A DNA stretch of 63,665 nucleotides, counting the filler, from Klebsormidium nitens (Eukaryota > Plantae > Klebsormidiophyceae), in the NCBI GenBank assembly GCA_000708835.1. It is 5 parts of 5 records of this genome, joined end to end, with 100 filler letters (N's around TTAATTAATTAA, not from the genome) between each part and the next. Parts side by side here need not be neighbours in the genome. Positions count along the whole stretch, not along the records: positions 44,913 to 58,925 come from DF238053.1; positions 59,026 to 63,665 come from DF238485.1; 3 more parts are not named here. One strand, 5' to 3'. The notes below the pieces were generated by a model. That model searched no databases. It saw only the letters and a list, made by a program, of their open reading frames with translations, and was not told the origin of the DNA. A program made the position numbers and the translations under genes. Below are positions 57,295 through 63,665 of the stretch, one piece after another (position 1 is the stretch's first letter; each line of letters opens with the position of its first letter).

Positions 57295-60200
57295 CGATAC
57301 TCACCTGAGCATGCCGTTTCAAAATCATTGCTGTCGCTCGCCCGTGGATGCTGCGCTTCTACCGGTCGTACAACAATCGGTCAAGAAGATCTCCTGGCCC
57401 GATGCCGTGAAATTGCGTCGGCGAGAAAGTTTCCTGGAGATAGACTCAAATCCGGCCTTAAACTTGCGCAGATTTAATCGCAAAATTTGGCACCACCTTT
57501 TGGCGCGCCACAGTTGAACCCCAGGTCGTCTCTTGTGACCAGATAACTTGCCGTTGTTTGAGACGCACTTAAGAACGTTTATGCTGAGTTTACACAGCCC
57601 TAAAACCTCTTTGGAAATCTACGTCCGTCAACGTCCGTCACTAAAGCGCTGCTTCCGTCTCTTTTCGGCATGCAGTTCCTGGAGATCAGCAACGAGGCCG
57701 CACGTTTCCGACTGCTTATGAAGACTCTGAAGGCCCGGATCGTCGACTTAACTGTCAAGTACATGTGATCAGCCGCTGTAACAGCTTGTATATTATCTAA
57801 GGTGACCATCCAGCAGCCAGCTGAACGGGGCTTTTTTCCCGGCTGGATTGGTTGGGATTGACTCGTACCCGTTTGAATGAGATGTGAATCTGGATGTGCT
57901 GCGACGGGACTGCAACCTTAGCAAAAGTTTCGGAGACTCTGTTGATGATGCATCAAATATTGCCTCGTTTACATACGTACGAACCGGCGCACGAGCTGGC
58001 AGCAGCATAGTCACTGCATCCGCAGACTCCGTAAATGATCTGGGATGATCCATGATGCTATCGGGCAAAGACGCTATACCTGACTATCATATCCCTATAC
58101 ATCAGCAAATGAATCTGCACGTGTATTCTGTGTTGATCTCAAGCCAAGCGCACATGTCGGGAACTGTCAAAATTTCCACTTGTCATAAATGATAAAAGCC
58201 GCTCACTAGGGCGCTGCCGCCACATGAGCCATATTGAAAGCCGGTGCTACACAAATGTTCGCGTACTGCATGGGCCGCCACGGCTTCTGACAATAAATCG
58301 ACACGTACTCAGCTCAGTCCGCGCGGGCACGGGTTGCGCCTCGGAGCAGCGCGATCGGCCCCCCCTCTTGCATGCCAGGGCCCGCATGGGCCGCGCCGGG
58401 CTGGCCGCGTGCAAAGAGCGGTTGAAGTGATGCGCGCCTTTCATGCGCGATAGTGTGACGAAACATTTCCGCCCTGCCGGACCGGACTGCCGAGTCCGTA
58501 CAAATGCCGGAATCGCGGCCGCATTTGTATCGATAAACCTCGCGGTTTAGACAGTCGCCGCGTCGTGCGTGCAGAGACTCTCCATAATGTAGATACCACT
58601 TATTACGTAAGCACTAGAGACGCTTGGAAGACGTTCGAAGTTGACGACTCAAAACATTCATTCCAAATTGACCAAGTAAGGAAGCTCTTGCCGCACGTCC
58701 ATCGTTCTTGCGCACTATGGCGTCCTAGTAAGCTACTTCATGGTGTTTCGAGCAGCTTTCGAGGCCTTGCGTGACCGATCTGCATCATTGAATACTTGTT
58801 GTTGAGCCGCAGGTAGAATCCGGGCTCGTGTGTACTTTATCCCGGTTGGGGTGTTGTTTTGGTGACCTGCCTGGGACCGCCGTGTCCTAAGGCCCTAGTG
58901 CGGGAACCCACAGGTGAACAAGATTNNNNNNNNNNNNNNNNNNNNNNNNNNNNNNNNNNNNNNNNNNNNTTAATTAATTAANNNNNNNNNNNNNNNNNNN
59001 NNNNNNNNNNNNNNNNNNNNNNNNNAGAGTAACCTCAACTATACTACGACTCCCTACCATGAGTTTCAACAGGGTGCGTACGATTATCCTTCCCCGTTCT
59101 CGACTGCAATGTGCGTGGACACGATGTACAGCATTCGCGAATCACCTGGCAAGCAGGGATCACGCACGCTACAATCGTTGATTCAAAAGGCGGAGCGCTT
59201 AGTCAGACTTGCACTAGTCACTGAATAAGAATAAGCGGCGCCAACTCTCGCGAACACTGGAAAGTACGGCGGCGGCATAAATGGTGAAGCAAGACCGTGC
59301 ACGTGCACGGCTCGGGGACACCAATATGTATAGGGCACGCTCATTCCGCGTCTGCCGATGGCTCTGCGGCCAACTCTCACTGTCTTCTCTCACCCCTCGG
59401 TCAATTTATTTCCCGTAGACCCGCGACTCCTGCTCCTACACGACTCAAGGTCGGTCTATTGAACGCATCGTCACAAGTTCCGGCTTATCCTAAGCCGTTT
59501 GCTGGTTTCATTCCGATATCGTCTCCAGCGACTCGCTTTCTCTATTTACATGTCATGTATCCGGGTTCCTGGTGACACGCTGGTCCGCTTGTTAGACCTT
59601 GTCATTTTTTTGATGGAAGCCCCTCCCGCAATTGAGCTCGAGCTCCTTCTTCCGTCCAGCCTACAGCAACACCGGAAAGTCTCAAACGTGCGTCTATGCA
59701 TTGACACCTGGACGAATAGTGGGCTGAGATCGAGCCAAGAATCGTGGGAAGGTGCTCAGATCGTGATGTCACACGCCGGTCGTATAGGGAGGGAAGGGCA
59801 TCAAAGGATTGAGGCACCGCTACCCCGTATGCTGGGCCGCCAAAGGCGGGTGCCGGGGCCAATAGCATTTATTGGGCTACAGTCGGGACCGAAGTCGAAA
59901 GCGACGCAAGACCACATTAGAGTGCCCGGCTCCACTCCGCGCCCCGTGACAGAAAAGACATTTGAAAGCCTCAGATCGTCCTCTAGTTCCACTTACATTG
60001 GCGGCAGAGTCCTTGAAGCAAGAAGCAGCGACAAGCTCCCAGTCGTCGCAAGTGCCTCCATCCCACTTGTACTCCACGCGCCGCCGTGGAGCCCCATTGG
60101 CCCGATTGAGGCACCTTCCTTCAATGGACCGGAGCCAGAAGCAGTCTCCGCCGGTCATGGTGACATCCACCGAGACGCCTGCCCTCCGATCCTCCTCTAG

Positions 60201-60428
60201 CAGCCGGTCCGAGCTCGTCTCCAGCAGAATCCTGGACACCCCAGCTTCTCGGACTTCGGCTCGCGGCGTAGCAGCACAGGTTATCAAACTACCCAAAGCC
60301 CTCGTCGCTGTGCTCCATCTGGGGCCCTGCGCGCCCACCATTCGCCTCAGTTTCTCCAGCCCCGCATTCGCTAAACAATTTGATATTTAGCGTTCAAGAT
60401 TCTCTCCCTGTCCATTTTCCCCCAGCCC

Positions 60429-63400
60429 TGTTGAAAGCAAGCGCCTTTCAAGTGCTCAATTACTAGGAATGAGTGTGATTCTTTTGCTACATGAGTCCGA
60501 GTTTGATAGCCTAGCTCAAGCCTAGCTATTACCCTAGGTGTTTCAATCGACAAACCGACGGTCCCTACTCGACTTTGCCAACAAAAGAACCTATCGAACG
60601 GCTACACCGAGAATACACATCACAAAAGAACCCATGCACAATGAACTCAATCCTACGGCTTACGTTTCGCTTATGGTACGGTGGAGATTCAATTATGCAA
60701 GCTCACAATCGTGCGGCCGATCTTATGCATCAAAGGCCTACGATTCTATGGACGATATATCCACGATATATCTTAGGATATTAGGGCGTACTCAATGCTA
60801 GTACCGCCCAAGTCTAACACTCCCCCACGCACTAGGTATTCTATGCAATTCCTAATTCCTTCTTGCACTTCAAGAACTTTCCGGGTGCCAAGGCCTTGGT
60901 CAAGATGCCCGCCTTCATGTCCTCCGTCTTGCAATACGCAAACTCGACCTCCTTCCGCGCCAACCGCTCCCGCGCAAAGTGATGAATCACGTCGATGTGC
61001 TTCGATCGCTGCGAAGCAATCGGTGCTTGAGGAGCCATATTGCCCTTTGGTTGTCGCAATCAATAAGCACTGTTCCGAGGTCCAACCCCAACTCTCCCCC
61101 GAGTTTCCGGAACCACAACGCCTCCTTCACGGCGTTCCCCGCGCTCATATACTCCGCCTCTACCGTCGAGGCCGCCACCGTAGATTGAAGACGGCTCGAC
61201 CAAGTCAACGCTCCTCCGTACATCAAGAAGACGTACCCCGTCGTAGAACGCTTTGTGTCGATGTCCCCCGCATATCGGCGTCGCAAAACGCTTCAGAGAC
61301 CTCGCCGCTCCCCCCGAAGGTTATTCCGGCTTCCGCCGTCCCCGCCAAGTAGCGCACCACCTCGAGCGCCGCCGCCCAATGCGCCTCCGTTGGCGCGCTC
61401 GTGTAGCGCGCCAAAGCACCCACGGCTTGAGCGATGTCGGGCCGCGTGCACACGCTCAAGAACAACAAGCTTCCAATGAGCTCGCTATAGGGGATTCTCG
61501 CCGTGTCGAGCGGCTCACCCTCTCTCGTTAACTTCTCCACCGCACCGAGGGGAACCGAGCGCGCCCGTGCGCTCGCCAATCCGTGCCGCCCAAGAAGCTT
61601 CCCCGTGAGCTTCTTTTGTGTGAGCTTCAAAGTATGCGCCTCCCGGTCGCGCGCCAACTCCATCCCGAGGAAGTAGGACGCCTCCCCCAAGCCGCGCACG
61701 TCAAACTTCTCCGCCAAGTGCGCCTTCGCAATCCGCTCTGGCCCCCGGGCCGCGACGAGAATGTCGTCCACCCACACAATGAGGTAAACCCGCTCCCCGT
61801 CCACCACTCCTGAAAAGAGCGCCGCGTCCGCCAAGGACGCCACGAACTCAAAGTTCCCGAGCTCCTCCTTCAAGCGCGCGTGCCACGCACGCGGCGCTTG
61901 GCGCAATCCGTACAAGGTGCGCTTGAGGTGGCAAACCACGTTGGGCCCGCCTTGCTCGTACCCTTGCGGTTGTTGCATGTAGATCTCCTCCTCGAGCTCC
62001 CCGTTGAGAAACGCCGTCTTGACGTCCAATTGGTGAAGCTCCAAGTCGCGCTCAGCGACTACCGGTAAAAGCGCCCGCAAGGTGGTGTACTTGCTCACGG
62101 GGGCATAGACCTCCTCGAAGTCTATCCCTTGCTTTTGCAAGTACCCCTTCGCCACGAGTCGCGACTTGTACCGCTCCACGTTCCCAAGCGCATCCCGCTT
62201 AATCTTGTAAACGCACTTCATGGGAACCGGCTTCACTCCCTCTGGTTTTTCGGCAACTTAAGCTCCCATGTCCTGTTCTCTAACAAGGACCGCATCTCCT
62301 CGTCCATGGACTTCCGCCAAAGCTCGCTCTCCTTTTCCCCTACGGCTCCTTGATACGTTTGCGGCTCCGGATGCTCCCCCGTTTCCGCCGCTAGATTCGC
62401 TCGGTACCATTCCCTGGGCGCCCGACTTTTGTGTGCGGCGTATCTTCTTGCCGTCTCCTCTTGAGCGCCATCCCTTTCAACAGAATCCTCGCTCCCAGTG
62501 TCGGCCTCTCCCGCAGGAGTAGCCCCTACACCGCGCTGAGTGTCGGCCTCCCCCGTAGGGGTAGCCTCTACACCCATCCGAGTTGGGGGGCTCACACGAC
62601 TAGGGCCGCGAGCACCCCCCTCCTCCTTCCCCGGATCGGAGCCAAGCTTAACGATCGCGGAGGGTCCACGCTCATCCACCATGACGTTGCGGGAAGTTAA
62701 GATCCTACCATCCCGTTCCCGAAGGACCCGGTAGAATTTCGAGTTGGGCTCGTAGCCCAAGAACACCCCCCTCTCGCTCACCGGCTCCATCTTCTTCCGA
62801 TTTTCCGTGGGCACGTGGATGTAGGCCCGCGCCCCAAACACCCGCAAGTGGCTTAGGTTCGGCTTTTCCCCATAGAACATCTCCCACGGGGTCTTGCCGT
62901 GCACGCTCGAGGGTACCCGGTTTCGGGTGAAGTTGGCCGTCAACATCGCTTCCGCCCACAACTCCGGTCCCAACCCGGCGTCTTCTAGCAAAGCCCGCGC
63001 ACTTTCCTCGAGCGTCCGGTTCAACCGCTCCGCCGAACCGTTTTGTTCGGGAGAGTGCCCTGCCGTGATCCGTTGCACCGTCCCTCTCTTCCCGAGGAGG
63101 GCCGTCATTCCCTCGTTTACGTACTTCCCACCCCGGTCCGTTTATACCGCCTTGACCATCTTCCCGAATTGCAACTCCAAGCGGGCAAACACGCTCTTCG
63201 TGACCGCCGTAACGTCGCTCTTCCGCTTCAACGGTTGGACCACCGAGAGCTTGCTATAGTCGTCGAGGAAAGTGGCCGAGTGCCTACTCCCCCCCTTTGA
63301 CGTCACCGGCATGGGCCCGCACACGTCCATGTGCACGAGCTCGAGGGGCTCCGTACTCTCCTTGGAGTCCGACTCTTTGGGGAACGGCTTCCGGGTTTGC

Positions 63401-63665
63401 TTTCCCACGATGCAAGGGTCGCACACCGAGGTTTTCTCCTCCCGGAACGCCTCCGCTTTCACCCCCACACCCCGGACCAACCCGGGGCCCTCGACCATCT
63501 TGGCCAAGGTCTCATAGCCGGCGTGCCCCAACCTCCGGTGCCACAACACCGGGCTCTCGGCTTCCCTCACGAGCAAGCACGTGTCCTCTCACGTTGCCCT
63601 CGGTTGGCAAATCACCGACATGCCCTCCTCCGCGTTCTCCTCCGCCCGAAGCATGACTTCTCCGA
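60429..63665 (-). mobile_element. Ty1/Copia retrotransposon (pre-INT, INT, RT, RH, 3' LTR), frameshifted, extends beyond the window
   Basis: LWHRRLGH, VHMDVCGP, QNGSAER, KSRLVAKG, VWVDD, KHIDV; PPT GTGGGGGAG then TGTTAG at 60819; probable LTR end TTCAACA at 60429. Confidence 0.93.

Noticed and set aside
59300-60350. Possible LINE RT remnant (AGDDI, EGLP)
   Set aside because: Motifs are too weak and scattered across stops.

Overview
Eukaryotic, repeat-rich scaffold segment. It has GT-AG introns, GC-rich exons and N gaps carrying TTAATTAATTAA linkers; a streptophyte alga such as Klebsormidium is my inference, not shown by the sequence. Left to right: (1) An 11.8-kb Ty3/Gypsy LTR retrotransposon (1989-13816, TAGT target duplication) nested in the LTR of an older minus-strand chromovirus. 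Its termini are anomalous: the 5' LTR lacks the terminal AAGGCAACA, which instead sits between the PPT and the 3' LTR as half of a perfect 20-bp palindrome. This A...B-A-B layout suggests integration from a 2-LTR circle. The element also has an unknown domain between RNase H and integrase and an F-box-like accessory ORF. (2) An intron-containing P-loop NTPase gene. (3) Endogenous giant-virus (NCLDV, phycodnavirus-like) DNA at about 23.8-30.6 kb and 34.1-38.6 kb: RNase III, basic repeat proteins, a C3H zinc mini-protein, a decayed ABC1 kinase and a largely intact intronless ribonucleotide reductase large subunit, split by a host PGG-like membrane gene. (4) A beta-helix gene with a possible insertion and a long hairpin. 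(5) An NLR-like helical-bundle/NB-ARC/TPR gene. (6) A coiled-coil gene. (7) A Ty1/Copia element running off the right edge. Domain calls are by motif recognition only; no searches were run.
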